Shown piece by piece: positions 18,356 to 27,400 of a stretch of 32,000 nucleotides of DNA. Numbering within the stretch: position 1 is the first letter of the stretch; each line of letters opens with the position of its first letter. The position numbers and the translations under genes are program-made. The stretch lies in the NCBI RefSeq assembly GCF_051307035.1, contig NZ_CP195536.1:570001-602000 (forward strand), in the 5' to 3' direction. This DNA is from Psychrobacter sp. DM4 (GTDB lineage Bacteria > Pseudomonadota > Gammaproteobacteria > Pseudomonadales > Moraxellaceae). Under the pieces are notes generated by a model. That model was not told the DNA's origin, searched no databases, and was given only the letters and a program-made list of their open reading frames with translations.

Positions 18356-18985
18356 ATGAGACGCTATACAAATACAGTGGCCAATGGATATAAAAAGGTA
18401 TCAGCTTCTGCTCTTCTACTAGTAGCGACATTGACATTAACGGCTTGTAGTCAGCCTGATACAAGTGTTTCAAATTCCACTCAACCTGAGCCAATGCTTG
18501 CTACCCAAAGTGCTCAATCGGAGCAATTACAAGCGCAAACGTCACCTATCAGCACTAATTTAGGTACTCAGCCAACGATTCTACAAAACGTATCGGCAAC
18601 CGTTTATAAAGATGCTAATTGTGGCTGCTGTAAAGAGTGGGTTAGCCATGCAGAAGATAGTGGTTTAAGCGCAACTGCCCAAGATGTTGCAGATGTATCT
18701 CTTTTTAAAGACCGTTATAGCGTACCGCAGCAAATGCGCTCTTGTCATACGACGGTCACTACTGACGGTTATGTCTTTGAAGGTCATGTACCTGCCAAAC
18801 ACATGGCACAGTTTTTAGCCGACACGCCAAGTGATGCCATTGGCCTTGCCGTACCGAGTATGCCTGTCGGTAGTCCTGGTATGGAATATCAAGATAAATT
18901 TATGCCGTATAAAGTCATGCAATTGAATCAAGACGGTAGTACTCAGGTTTACGCTGCTATTGAATCACCAGCGCAGCAGTTATAG
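18356..18985 (+). CDS. copG: DUF411 / CopG-family periplasmic metal-binding lipoprotein
   Basis: Lipobox LTLTAC. A Q/S/T-rich linker is followed by the DUF411 core with the CxCC motif (DANCGCCKEW), SCHTT and MPVGSPGME. AGGAG SD upstream. Confidence 0.85.
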   Translation: MRRYTNTVANGYKKVSASALLLVATLTLTACSQPDTSVSNSTQPEPMLATQSAQSEQLQAQTSPISTNLGTQPTILQNVSATVYKDANCGCCKEWVSHAEDSGLSATAQDVADVSLFKDRYSVPQQMRSCHTTVTTDGYVFEGHVPAKHMAQFLADTPSDAIGLAVPSMPVGSPGMEYQDKFMPYKVMQLNQDGSTQVYAAIESPAQQL

Positions 18986-19052
18986 TTTTACTAAAAAGTT
19001 ATCAAATGTACAAGCTCAACTCTCATTTCATGGATTAACTTAGGTCAATATT

Positions 19053-20753
19053 ATGAATCATAACAGTATGTTTAACCGCAGGCGTTTTCTGACAGGGTCA
19101 TCCACACTACTCGGCGCGTCAATGCTTTCGACGCTACCGACAATAGCAAATAGTGCATTGAGCAAAAATCAAAACGTTGTTGTTAATAGTGATAAATCTG
19201 ATCATATTGTACCTATTTTGACTGGTAACGAGTTTGACCTTTATGTCAGCGAAAAGATGATTACGGTCGATGGCAGATCAAGTATGGCAACCTTGATTAA
19301 TGATTCGCTACCAGGGCCTACGCTTAAGATGCAAGAGGGCGATACGGTAACTATTCGTGTGCATAATCAATTGAATGAGTCGACCTCTATTCATTGGCAT
19401 GGTCTGCTAGTGCCATTTGAGATGGATGGCGTACCTGGTATTAGCTTCGCGGGTATCCCAGCAAACAGCACTTTTACTTATAAATTTAATCTACCTCAAT
19501 CGGGTACTTATTGGTATCACTCGCACTCAGGGTTTCAAGAGCAGACGGGTATGCGCGGCGCAATCGTCATTGAGCCCAAAGGAGCGGAGCGTTATCCTGT
19601 TGAGGAAGATCACGTGATTTTGCTCAGTGATTGGACGCATCGTGATCCGCATAATTTATTAAAATTACTAAAGCAGCGTTCTGACTTTGATAACTATCAT
19701 TTGCCAGACTTCAAAAAACTGCTGTCTGATATCGCTGAAACCGACTTAGAGGCGGCTTTTGACAAGCGTAAAATGTGGAATCAGATGCGCATGATGCCGA
19801 CTGACTTTACGGATTTGTCGGGCGAAAACACCTTTACTTATCTGATGAATGGTAAAACAACAGCCGCTAATTGGACGCAACTGGTCAAAGCGGGTCAAAA
19901 GGTAAAATTACGTTTTATCAATGCTTCTGCGCAGACTATTTTTGATGTACGTATACCAGGTCTCAAAATGACAATCGTCTCGACAGATGGTAATGACGTC
20001 GCACCTGTCAATGTTGATGACTTCCGTATTGGCGTGGCTGAGACTTATGATGTTATCGTCACGCCAACTGGGGACGCACACACTATATTTGCGCAAAATA
20101 TCGATCGTTCAGGTTTTGTTGCCACCACCCTTGCAACCAAAAAAGGTGCTCGCGCTGCGATACCTGCTATGGATAAGATCGAATGGCTTACCATGGCCGA
20201 TATGATGGGCGCGATGGGATCAAATGGTTATGAAGCCCGTCACGCTGAAACAGAGTACGACTTTAAGACAGATATGCGCGTCGACAGTGCGCGTATCAAT
20301 ATTGATGATCCGGGTATCAATCTGCGTAAAATTGATAGAAAGGTACTGACCTATAGTCAACTGCGCTCTGTAGATGAACAAGTGCTAGCTGAGCAACGCA
20401 AGCCTACTAGAGAGATTGAAATACATTTAACTGGTGCTATGGAGCGTTATATCTGGGCCATGGACGGTGTTATGTTTAAGGATGCCACGCCTGTAAATAT
20501 CAAGCCGGGTGAGCGCGTACGCATTACCTTAGTCAATGACACGATGATGAATCATCCTATGCATTTACATGGTATGTGGAGTGATCTGCGTGCGCCTGAT
20601 GGAGATTTTCAAGTCCGCAAACATACGATTGTGGTACAACCTGCACAGAAAATAAGCTTTGATACTACAGGAGAAGCTGGTCGATGGGCGTGGCATTGCC
20701 ATCTGCTGTATCATATGGAAGCCGGTATGTTCAGAGAAGTCGCCGTTGTTTAA
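19053..20753 (+). CDS. copA: Copper-resistance multicopper oxidase (CopA/PcoA type), Tat-exported
   Basis: Twin-arginine signal NRRRFLTGSS. Four MCO copper motifs: IHWHG, WYHSHSG, HPMHLHG, HCHLLYHMEAGM. Confidence 0.95.
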   Translation: MNHNSMFNRRRFLTGSSTLLGASMLSTLPTIANSALSKNQNVVVNSDKSDHIVPILTGNEFDLYVSEKMITVDGRSSMATLINDSLPGPTLKMQEGDTVTIRVHNQLNESTSIHWHGLLVPFEMDGVPGISFAGIPANSTFTYKFNLPQSGTYWYHSHSGFQEQTGMRGAIVIEPKGAERYPVEEDHVILLSDWTHRDPHNLLKLLKQRSDFDNYHLPDFKKLLSDIAETDLEAAFDKRKMWNQMRMMPTDFTDLSGENTFTYLMNGKTTAANWTQLVKAGQKVKLRFINASAQTIFDVRIPGLKMTIVSTDGNDVAPVNVDDFRIGVAETYDVIVTPTGDAHTIFAQNIDRSGFVATTLATKKGARAAIPAMDKIEWLTMADMMGAMGSNGYEARHAETEYDFKTDMRVDSARINIDDPGINLRKIDRKVLTYSQLRSVDEQVLAEQRKPTREIEIHLTGAMERYIWAMDGVMFKDATPVNIKPGERVRITLVNDTMMNHPMHLHGMWSDLRAPDGDFQVRKHTIVVQPAQKISFDTTGEAGRWAWHCHLLYHMEAGMFREVAVV

Positions 20754-20766
20754 TAAACCTTTAAAT

Positions 20767-21939
20767 ATGAGTCTTATTATGAAAATGTATAAAGTAAGCC
20801 TATCGTTTATTGGCATATCTTCTCTATTGCTTCTGCTATCACCTTTAGCAAATGCTGCTGAGATGTCGAACATGAAAATGCAAAATATGGATATGTCTGG
20901 AATGGACATGTCAGATATGGATCATAGCAGTATGGATATGTCAGGAATGGACATGTCGGGCATGGATCACAGCAGCATGGATATGTCAGGAATGGACATG
21001 TCGGATATGGATCACAGTGGCATGGATATGTCGGAGATGGATATGTCGGATATGGACCACAGCGGTATGGACATGGCAGGTATGGATCATAGTAGTATGG
21101 ATATGTCTGGCGATATGGCGGGCATGGACCATAGTAAAATGAATATGTCAGGCATGGACCACAGCGGTATGGACATGGCAGGTATGGATCATAGCAGTAT
21201 GGATATGGACATGTCGGGTATGCAAGGTGGCGATGCGCCAGCCGATGCTCGAAGTTCTGACTATTCCAACGGTGTTCCTTACGGGCGCTTCGGTAAACCT
21301 ATGATGATGGGTAGTATGCCATTATGGGGCGTTTCAGTAGATGATTTAGGCTATCAGTTCGATGACGACCAGATCAACTTTGAGATTGAGGGTTGGTACG
21401 GCGATGATAGTAACCGTTTCAGATTGCGTACAGAGGGAAGCGCTCAAACTAAGGACGATAAAGAAATTGGTAGTTTGAGCTCACTCGCTTACTGGAAGCC
21501 ACTCGGTATTTATTGGAATGGTGAGGCGGGTGTTGCTTATAATACTGAAAATGATAAGCCTGCGCTCATGGCAGGTATTGTCGGTACGGCTCCCTACTTT
21601 ATTGAAACAGATGCTATAGCCTACGTCTATACTGATGGTCAAGTACAGCTTGATCTTGGTGCAGAATATGAATGGCGTTTAACCCAACGTTGGGTCGTTA
21701 TACCAGAAGTAGGTTTGACGGCGTTTAGTAAAGACGATACCGATAACCATATCGCCAAAGGTTTTAATGAGATGGAGGCCGAAGTGAGACTCACTTATGA
21801 AACTTTGAATCGTCAATTGGCACCTTATGTCGGCATAAGCTATGAATCTGCTTTAGGTGATGCACGTGATTTGCGTCGTCAAGATAACGAATCAGTTGAT
21901 GGCAGTAGTCTGACTGCGGGTATCAAATTCTGGTTTTAA
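20767..21939 (+). CDS. copB: Copper-resistance protein B (CopB/PcoB outer-membrane protein) with a long Met-rich repeat region
   Basis: Signal peptide (SLSFIGISSLLLLLSPLANA), (MDHSxMDMSG)n repeats, then the CopB beta-barrel part ending GIKFWF. The track ORF start 20659 overlaps copA. ATG 20767 (or 20779) follows the copA stop by 13 bp. Confidence 0.9.
   Translation: MSLIMKMYKVSLSFIGISSLLLLLSPLANAAEMSNMKMQNMDMSGMDMSDMDHSSMDMSGMDMSGMDHSSMDMSGMDMSDMDHSGMDMSEMDMSDMDHSGMDMAGMDHSSMDMSGDMAGMDHSKMNMSGMDHSGMDMAGMDHSSMDMDMSGMQGGDAPADARSSDYSNGVPYGRFGKPMMMGSMPLWGVSVDDLGYQFDDDQINFEIEGWYGDDSNRFRLRTEGSAQTKDDKEIGSLSSLAYWKPLGIYWNGEAGVAYNTENDKPALMAGIVGTAPYFIETDAIAYVYTDGQVQLDLGAEYEWRLTQRWVVIPEVGLTAFSKDDTDNHIAKGFNEMEAEVRLTYETLNRQLAPYVGISYESALGDARDLRRQDNESVDGSSLTAGIKFWF
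20863..21222 (+). repeat. In-frame tandem repeats encoding MDHS(S/G)MDMSG units
   Basis: atggatcacagc...atggatatgtc(a/g)gg(a/c)atggacatgtc units are reiterated about 10 times with minor variation inside copB. Confidence 0.85.
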
Positions 21940-21980
21940 ACCGTTAATTGTACAACTGTTAAATTTAAAGAGGTCATATT

Positions 21981-22466
21981 ATGAATGCTACTAATCAAGG
22001 GAATATGAATCATCAAAAAGGAATGAACCCTTATATAAAGTTCACTCTGATGATCGTAACATCGACAATCGTCATGTACGTCATGATGTATTTTAATACT
22101 TACCAATGGGATCATATTTATTTTAGTGAGACTCGCGCTTACATGGCGCTATATATGGGCGCAGTGATGGCGATAATTATGCTCGCATTCATGGGTAATA
22201 TGTATAAAAAAACTAAAGTTAATTTGATGGTTTATGGCATTAGTATCGTGTTGTTTGCCTTTGGTCTATGGGGTGTGCGTTCGCAGCAAACTGTTGATCA
22301 AGTCGACTGGATGCAAGCGATGATACCGCATCACTCAATTGCTATTTTGACTAGTGAGCGTGCTGACATTGAAGATCCTCGCGTTCAAGAGCTGGCTGAT
22401 GAAATCATCAAAGCTCAAAGACGTGAAATTGCTGAGATGAAGCAACTGATTAGCGAACTTGAATAG
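21981..22466 (+). CDS. DUF305-domain membrane protein
   Basis: Three predicted TM helices followed by MIPHHSIAILTSE...ELADEIIKAQRREIAEMKQL, the DUF305 signature. AGAGG SD upstream. Confidence 0.8.
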   Translation: MNATNQGNMNHQKGMNPYIKFTLMIVTSTIVMYVMMYFNTYQWDHIYFSETRAYMALYMGAVMAIIMLAFMGNMYKKTKVNLMVYGISIVLFAFGLWGVRSQQTVDQVDWMQAMIPHHSIAILTSERADIEDPRVQELADEIIKAQRREIAEMKQLISELE

Positions 22467-22512
22467 AAGATAAAAAGAATAAAAGTAAGTGGATTAGATA
22501 GGAGTATCAATT

Positions 22513-23262
22513 ATGAAAACAGCAGTAGTCTACCGCATGGTCAAGCCTAATCACGTTTGCCCATTTGGTCTAAAAGCACTCGATCTTTTGGAGCGTAATG
22601 GCTATCAGATTGAGGATAAGCCATTAACGAATGATGCCGAGACTCAAGCGCTTAAAGACAAGTTCAACGTCAAAACAACCCCGCAGATTTTTATTGATAA
22701 TGAGCGCGTCGGTGGCTATGACGATCTTCAAGCATTTTTTGGCAAAGAGGTCGCACAAACTGATGAGGTAAGCTATACCCCTGTGATTGCTATCTTTGCA
22801 ACGACAGCACTTGCCAGTATTTCGCTCACTTGGGGCTTTAGTGGCACATTATTATCAGTGCAAACCGTGATTTGGTTTATCGCCTTGTCTATGATAGTCC
22901 TAGCTATCCAAAAGTTACAAGATTTAGAGAGCTTTACCAATATGTTTTTGGGCTATGACTTGTTAGCGCGTAAAGTAGTTCGCTATGCCTATGTTTACCC
23001 TTTTGCAGAAGCTTTTGTCGGTATTGCGATGCTAGCGGGCGTTGCATGGCTAAGTTTGGTAGCGGCTATCGTTGCGATATTTATCGGCGGCATCAATGGT
23101 TTATCAGTATTCAAAGCCGTCTATATAGATAAGCGTGAGTTAAAGTGCGCGTGTGTTGGTGGCAACTCAAACGTACCGCTTGGCTTTGTGTCCTTGACTG
23201 AAAATATTATGATGGTCGGTATGGGGATTTATATGCTGATTAGGTTTTCGGGTATGTTGTAG
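22513..23262 (+). CDS. Glutaredoxin-like domain fused to a MauE/DoxX-type redox-associated membrane domain
   Basis: The N-terminal ~80 aa have a Grx fold pattern (VCPFG...[18 protein letters not shown]). These are followed by 4-5 TM helices with a KCACVGG motif. AGGAG SD upstream. Confidence 0.8.
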   Translation: MKTAVVYRMVKPNHVCPFGLKALDLLERNGYQIEDKPLTNDAETQALKDKFNVKTTPQIFIDNERVGGYDDLQAFFGKEVAQTDEVSYTPVIAIFATTALASISLTWGFSGTLLSVQTVIWFIALSMIVLAIQKLQDLESFTNMFLGYDLLARKVVRYAYVYPFAEAFVGIAMLAGVAWLSLVAAIVAIFIGGINGLSVFKAVYIDKRELKCACVGGNSNVPLGFVSLTENIMMVGMGIYMLIRFSGML

Positions 23263-23332
23263 TTCCGATTCGTTTTATATCAAATACAACGTTATTGAAA
23301 TAAGCAGAATTATAGAGGATGAGAATAACACT

Positions 23333-23617
23333 ATGGGTAGTTTTTCTATTACACATTGGCTAATTTTGTTAGTAGTCGTGGTTGTGGTATTCGGTACGGC
23401 CAAGCTCAAAAATGCGGGTAAAGATTTAGGCGGTGCTGTCAAAGGTTTTAAAGAAGCAGTCAAAGATGAAAACAATGAGCACATCGCCAAAAATCGAGTA
23501 CTTGGTCATGATGATAATACGGTAACTATAAACGATAATTTAGATCATCAAGCTAGTACAAAATTTGAAAATGTAGAAGGTAATCGTCTCGATACTAATG
23601 ATCAGAATAAAGTATAA
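23333..23617 (+). CDS. tatA: Twin-arginine translocase subunit TatA
   Basis: [42 protein letters not shown]: TM helix plus amphipathic helix. Confidence 0.9.
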   Translation: MGSFSITHWLILLVVVVVVFGTAKLKNAGKDLGGAVKGFKEAVKDENNEHIAKNRVLGHDDNTVTINDNLDHQASTKFENVEGNRLDTNDQNKV

Positions 23618-23671
23618 AGCGGTTGTCACTTGTGTTACTAAATAGCTTATTCATTATGATATTTGGCAGTT

Positions 23672-24058
23672 ATGTTTGATATTGGCTTTTCCGAGTTACT
23701 CATATTTGGGGTTATCGCTTTAATTGTCTTGGGCCCAGAAAAACTACCACAAGCTGCGCGCACAGCAGGACAATGGTACGCCAAAGTACGTCGCATGATA
23801 TCTACCCTTCAGTCTGACATAGAGTCTGAGCTTGATTTGGCAGAGACTCGGAAGCAAATGCAAAACGAGCTAGCAAAAATTCGTCAGACTGAAACAGATA
23901 TGAGGCGTGAGCTAGCCGAGATGCGCGGTAGTATGGATGAGTTTGAAAACACGCAAAACCAAAGCTTAGATACTTCGAATCAGTCAACCGCTCCTCATCG
24001 GCATGATCGTCAGCCAGATACTTCCTATTCTTCGGCTATACAGAAGGTAGATAAGTGA
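23672..24058 (+). CDS. tatB: Twin-arginine translocase subunit TatB
   Basis: MFDIGFSELLIFGVIALIVLGPEKLPQAARTAG. The track start 23663 is a TTG, and ATG 23672 gives the canonical MFDIGF N-terminus. Confidence 0.9.
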   Translation: MFDIGFSELLIFGVIALIVLGPEKLPQAARTAGQWYAKVRRMISTLQSDIESELDLAETRKQMQNELAKIRQTETDMRRELAEMRGSMDEFENTQNQSLDTSNQSTAPHRHDRQPDTSYSSAIQKVDK

Positions 24059-24891
24059 GTCTGTTTAAATGGCAAAAAAGCCGACAACAAAAGCGAGATG
24101 AAACTGAGCCTGAGTCAACAATAGACACTGACGATAGTAGCAAATCTACTACTACACCAAGTGCACTTAGCGGTATGCCTATCACTGCGCATCTAATAGA
24201 ATTACGCGCACACCTTATCAAAATATGCGTGGCCGTTTTAATTATTTTTTTAGCCTTAGTTGGGTTTTCGCGTGAGCTATATGATTTCTTATCAGACCCT
24301 TTAGTTGCGCAGCTGCCTGCTAATTCGACTATGATTGCCACCGACATCACCTCGAATTTTATGGCACCCATTCGCTTAACAATTTTTGTAGCGGCATTTG
24401 CAGCAATGCCCTATATCTTGTATCAAATTTGGTCATTTGTTGCACCTGGTCTCTATAAGAAAGAGAAGAAAGTCACTGTTCCAGTTTTACTATCTTCTAT
24501 ATTTCTATTTTATACGGGTGTCGCTTTTGCTTACTTTGTCGTACTAAAAAGCGTCCTCAAATTCTTTATTCTGTTCGCGCCGCAAAACGTCATACCGATG
24601 ACTGATATTGACAGTTATTTAAGCTTCGCTCTTAAATTGTTTATGGTGTTTGGACTCACCTTTGAGATTCCAGTCGTTACTTTACTACTGATAATGATTG
24701 GAATCGTCTCCACACAGAGCTTAGAGGACAAGCGCCGCTTTATCATAGTGGGTTGCTTTGCAATCGCAGCAGTAGTGACACCGCCCGATGGTATCTCGAT
24801 GCTATTGCTAGCTATTCCGATGTGGCTACTGTTCGAATTAGGCTTGTTTTTGGCAAAAATATTAATCTTTGATGAGCATAAAACTGTCTAA
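24055..24891 (+). CDS. tatC: Twin-arginine translocase subunit TatC
   Basis: MPITAHLIELRAHLIK core and six TM helices. GTG 24055 overlaps the tatB stop (GTGA) and has a GAAGG SD, giving a 40-aa hydrophilic extension. ATG 24175 is the alternative start. Confidence 0.9.
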   Translation: MSLFKWQKSRQQKRDETEPESTIDTDDSSKSTTTPSALSGMPITAHLIELRAHLIKICVAVLIIFLALVGFSRELYDFLSDPLVAQLPANSTMIATDITSNFMAPIRLTIFVAAFAAMPYILYQIWSFVAPGLYKKEKKVTVPVLLSSIFLFYTGVAFAYFVVLKSVLKFFILFAPQNVIPMTDIDSYLSFALKLFMVFGLTFEIPVVTLLLIMIGIVSTQSLEDKRRFIIVGCFAIAAVVTPPDGISMLLLAIPMWLLFELGLFLAKILIFDEHKTV

Positions 24892-25038
24892 GCTCATAAA
24901 GTAGCTATCTTGCCAAATAACTATCTCATGAAGCAACTATAAAAATATCCTTATCTTTAATATTCTAAATATTTTTTCTACTTCAATTGTCTTCTAAACC
25001 TTATCAGTATAACTACTAAACTTAGTAATGAGATTTAA

Positions 25039-26337
25039 ATGGAACCCCTAATCAATAACCAAGATAAAGCACATGACAATCTTGCCAATCAACTCAATCA
25101 AGAGTGCTATTGCCGTACTTTAGATCGCAAAGCACTTAATACTAGCTTGCAAGAGCAGTTAGTAGACACAAGAGATAATCCACTAGGAGTTAATGAGCTC
25201 AATAAGCTATTTTCAGCAACGCCCGTGTTCGTTCCTAAAACAGAAATAGAGACAATGATGCGTATCGTTGAAGCTATTGAGTCCGCTGTTAGACTGCCGT
25301 CTTACCAACAGCAAGTACTGTCATGGGCACCCAAAATCGCGGCTTTTAATCCTGGTCCGATAGGGGCTTTTATGGGTTATGACTTTCATTTAGGTAACGA
25401 TGGCCCCAAACTTATCGAGATTAATACCAATGCGGGCGGCGCATTCTTAAACGTAGCACTTGCCCGCGCGCAAAAACACTGCTGCCACCCATCCCAGCAA
25501 AGTATCGCTACTACTAAAATGCTGGATGGATTTGAAGAAGCCGTCACTAATATGTTCATACAAGAGTGGCAGCGACAATCAACTACTACTACTACCATGC
25601 CTAATCGCATCGCTATTGTGGATAACGATCCCAAAAGCCAGTTCATGTATCTAGAGTTTCAGCTGGCTTGCCGACTACTTCAAGCTAAGGGCATTGATAC
25701 CGTTATACTTGATCCGTCTGAACTGAATTATGTTGATGGTGAGCTGACAGCGCATGGCAAGCCCATTGATATGATCTATAATCGGCTGGTCGACTTTGCA
25801 TTTGAAAACTCTAGTCATGCTGTGCTTAAGAAAGCTTATCTAGAGGGTGCGGTAGTGGTAACGCCTAATCCCCATATCCATGCTATATTTGCTAATAAGC
25901 GCAATCTTACTTTGTTGTCCGATCCGCAAACTTTGCAGTCGTGGGGACTAGATAACGCTGTAGCAGAACATCTAAAAAGGTCAGTACCAATAACGCGAAT
26001 GGCGACGCAAAACGATGCAGCAGAATTATGGCGTACACGGCGACAATGGTTCTTCAAGCCCGTTTCTGGATATGGAAGCAAAGGCGTCTATCGCGGTAGT
26101 AAGGTTACTCGCCGAGTATTTGAAACTATATTAAAAGAAGACTATATTGCTCAGACTTTTATCCCTGCAACAGAGCGCTCAATAAAAATCGATGATGTTG
26201 TGACAAGTAGAAAGGTAGATATACGTCTTTACACTTATGCAGGACAGCTGCTACTTACTGCTGGACGTATCTACCAGGGTCAAGCGACTAACTTTCGCAC
26301 ACCAGGGGGCGGATTTGCACCTGTTTTTCAAGTGTAA
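25039..26337 (+). CDS. Hypothetical protein, probably ATP-grasp fold ligase-like
   Basis: 432 aa. GYDFHLGNDGPKLIEINTNAGG, FFKPVSGYGSKGVYRG and VDIRLYTYAGQLLLTAGRIYQGQATNFRTPGGGFAPV resemble ATP-grasp (RimK / glutathionylspermidine-synthase-like) nucleotide-binding segments. This is recognition by eye only. Confidence 0.65.
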   Translation: MEPLINNQDKAHDNLANQLNQECYCRTLDRKALNTSLQEQLVDTRDNPLGVNELNKLFSATPVFVPKTEIETMMRIVEAIESAVRLPSYQQQVLSWAPKIAAFNPGPIGAFMGYDFHLGNDGPKLIEINTNAGGAFLNVALARAQKHCCHPSQQSIATTKMLDGFEEAVTNMFIQEWQRQSTTTTTMPNRIAIVDNDPKSQFMYLEFQLACRLLQAKGIDTVILDPSELNYVDGELTAHGKPIDMIYNRLVDFAFENSSHAVLKKAYLEGAVVVTPNPHIHAIFANKRNLTLLSDPQTLQSWGLDNAVAEHLKRSVPITRMATQNDAAELWRTRRQWFFKPVSGYGSKGVYRGSKVTRRVFETILKEDYIAQTFIPATERSIKIDDVVTSRKVDIRLYTYAGQLLLTAGRIYQGQATNFRTPGGGFAPVFQV

Positions 26338-26385
26338 TGGTGTAGTGAACTAAATAGTACCAACTGCCTTTAATGCTAAACTCTA

Positions 26386-26901
26386 TTACTTGGATATTTG
26401 CCAACCTAGGAACATCCATTTGACAGCGTAGATTAATATTACTGGAATGACCACCCACTGAGCGAGCGGCAATGCACCTGTACCAAGTAGCGGCATTCTA
26501 GGCATAAGCTCACTATAGTTCCACCTCTGACCGGTTCCAGTCGCCCAATACTCAAAGATTATGGTCACAATCAAGCCAACGGCGAAGTATACTGATAAAG
26601 TCGATAGGCGCCATAGTTTTTTAATCCAGAACCAGTCTTTTGTAAACAGTGCCACAAGCACGTAAGCGCCAAAAGCAATATTAGCATCACCGACAGTCGC
26701 TCTTGTACAAAGCCCGATTACCTCCCAGTGGCTCGCGTCAGGCATATCAGAAAAAAAGGGGACTTGTGCCATTTCCCAAAAAAAATGTAGAAAGAAGCTT
26801 ACGCTCCATACCATCAGGGCAAGCATAACTGATGCCGCTGCTCGGCGCGATCGGCTTACGAGAATCATAATACCTCCAAAAATAGCCATAGCAATAAACA
26901 C
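26386..26901 (-). CDS. Hypothetical integral membrane protein (about 5 TM helices)
   Basis: 171 aa, strongly hydrophobic and Trp-rich. The track start 26901 is a GTG, with an alternative ATG at 26889. No recognisable motif. Confidence 0.6.
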   Translation of the reverse strand: MFIAMAIFGGIMILVSRSRRAAASVMLALMVWSVSFFLHFFWEMAQVPFFSDMPDASHWEVIGLCTRATVGDANIAFGAYVLVALFTKDWFWIKKLWRLSTLSVYFAVGLIVTIIFEYWATGTGQRWNYSELMPRMPLLGTGALPLAQWVVIPVILIYAVKWMFLGWQISK

Positions 26902-26968
26902 AGCTCTATGCTTAATTGACTGTCGTTGCTAGACCGAGACACTGTTTATTAGCGTTTGCCAATACTAG

Positions 26969-27109
26969 ATTAGCACCTTACTTGCTGCGCATATTTATCA
27001 CAGTTGGGCAACTAATTTCCATACATTAGATGGTGGGTTCGCGCCTGTTATTGTGAATGCGGCTTCTAAAACTCCTTCATCAGCGGCAACTCCGCGACCT
27101 TTTTTATAA
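26969..27109 (+). pseudogene. C-terminal remnant of a paralogue of the ATP-grasp-like gene
   Basis: The frame opens after TAG (26966-26968). STLLAAHIYHSWATNFHTLDGGFAPVIVN aligns ungapped with LLLTAGRIYQGQATNFRTPGGGFAPVFQV, the C-terminus of ORF 25039..26337, at 15/29 identities. No upstream coding sequence is left. Confidence 0.6.
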
Positions 27110-27151
27110 CTAAGGTATAATAGTGCTCCCTAGAGGAAAGATATTTCCATT

Positions 27152-27400
27152 ATGAAAAAACCACACATACACGCGTCTCACCCAGCCGTTATCACACGCC
27201 TTAAAAAAGCGAATGGTCATCTAAGCAGTACGATAGAGATGTTGGTTGCGGGTCGAACTTGTCTTGAAATAGCGCAGCAACTGCAAGCGGTAGAGAATGT
27301 CATTCATCAAGCAAAGAAGATTTTAATTCAAGATCATTTAGATCATTGCCTTGATTGGCACAGGTCTGGCTACCGTAGCGCTAGGACTTTTAGCTTTTGA
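27152..27400 (+). pseudogene. CsoR/RcnR/FrmR-family (DUF156) metal-sensing repressor, C-terminally truncated or chimeric
   Basis: HPAVITRLKKANGHLSSTIEMLVAGRTCLEIAQQLQAVENVIHQAKKILIQDHLDHCLD is a typical family core with Cys, His and Cys at the sensing positions. The conserved C-terminal helix is replaced from about 27355 by WHRSGYRSARTFSF. A TATAAT lies at 27115-27120. Confidence 0.65.

Noticed and set aside
20659-20766. A 36-codon N-terminal extension of copB overlapping the end of copA
   Set aside because: The extension has no signal-peptide character and overlaps the conserved CopA C-terminus. ATG 20767 starts a proper signal peptide just after the copA stop.
23275-23490. 71-aa minus-strand ORF overlapping tatA
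   Set aside because: It is antisense to a canonical TatA sequence and has no supporting signals.
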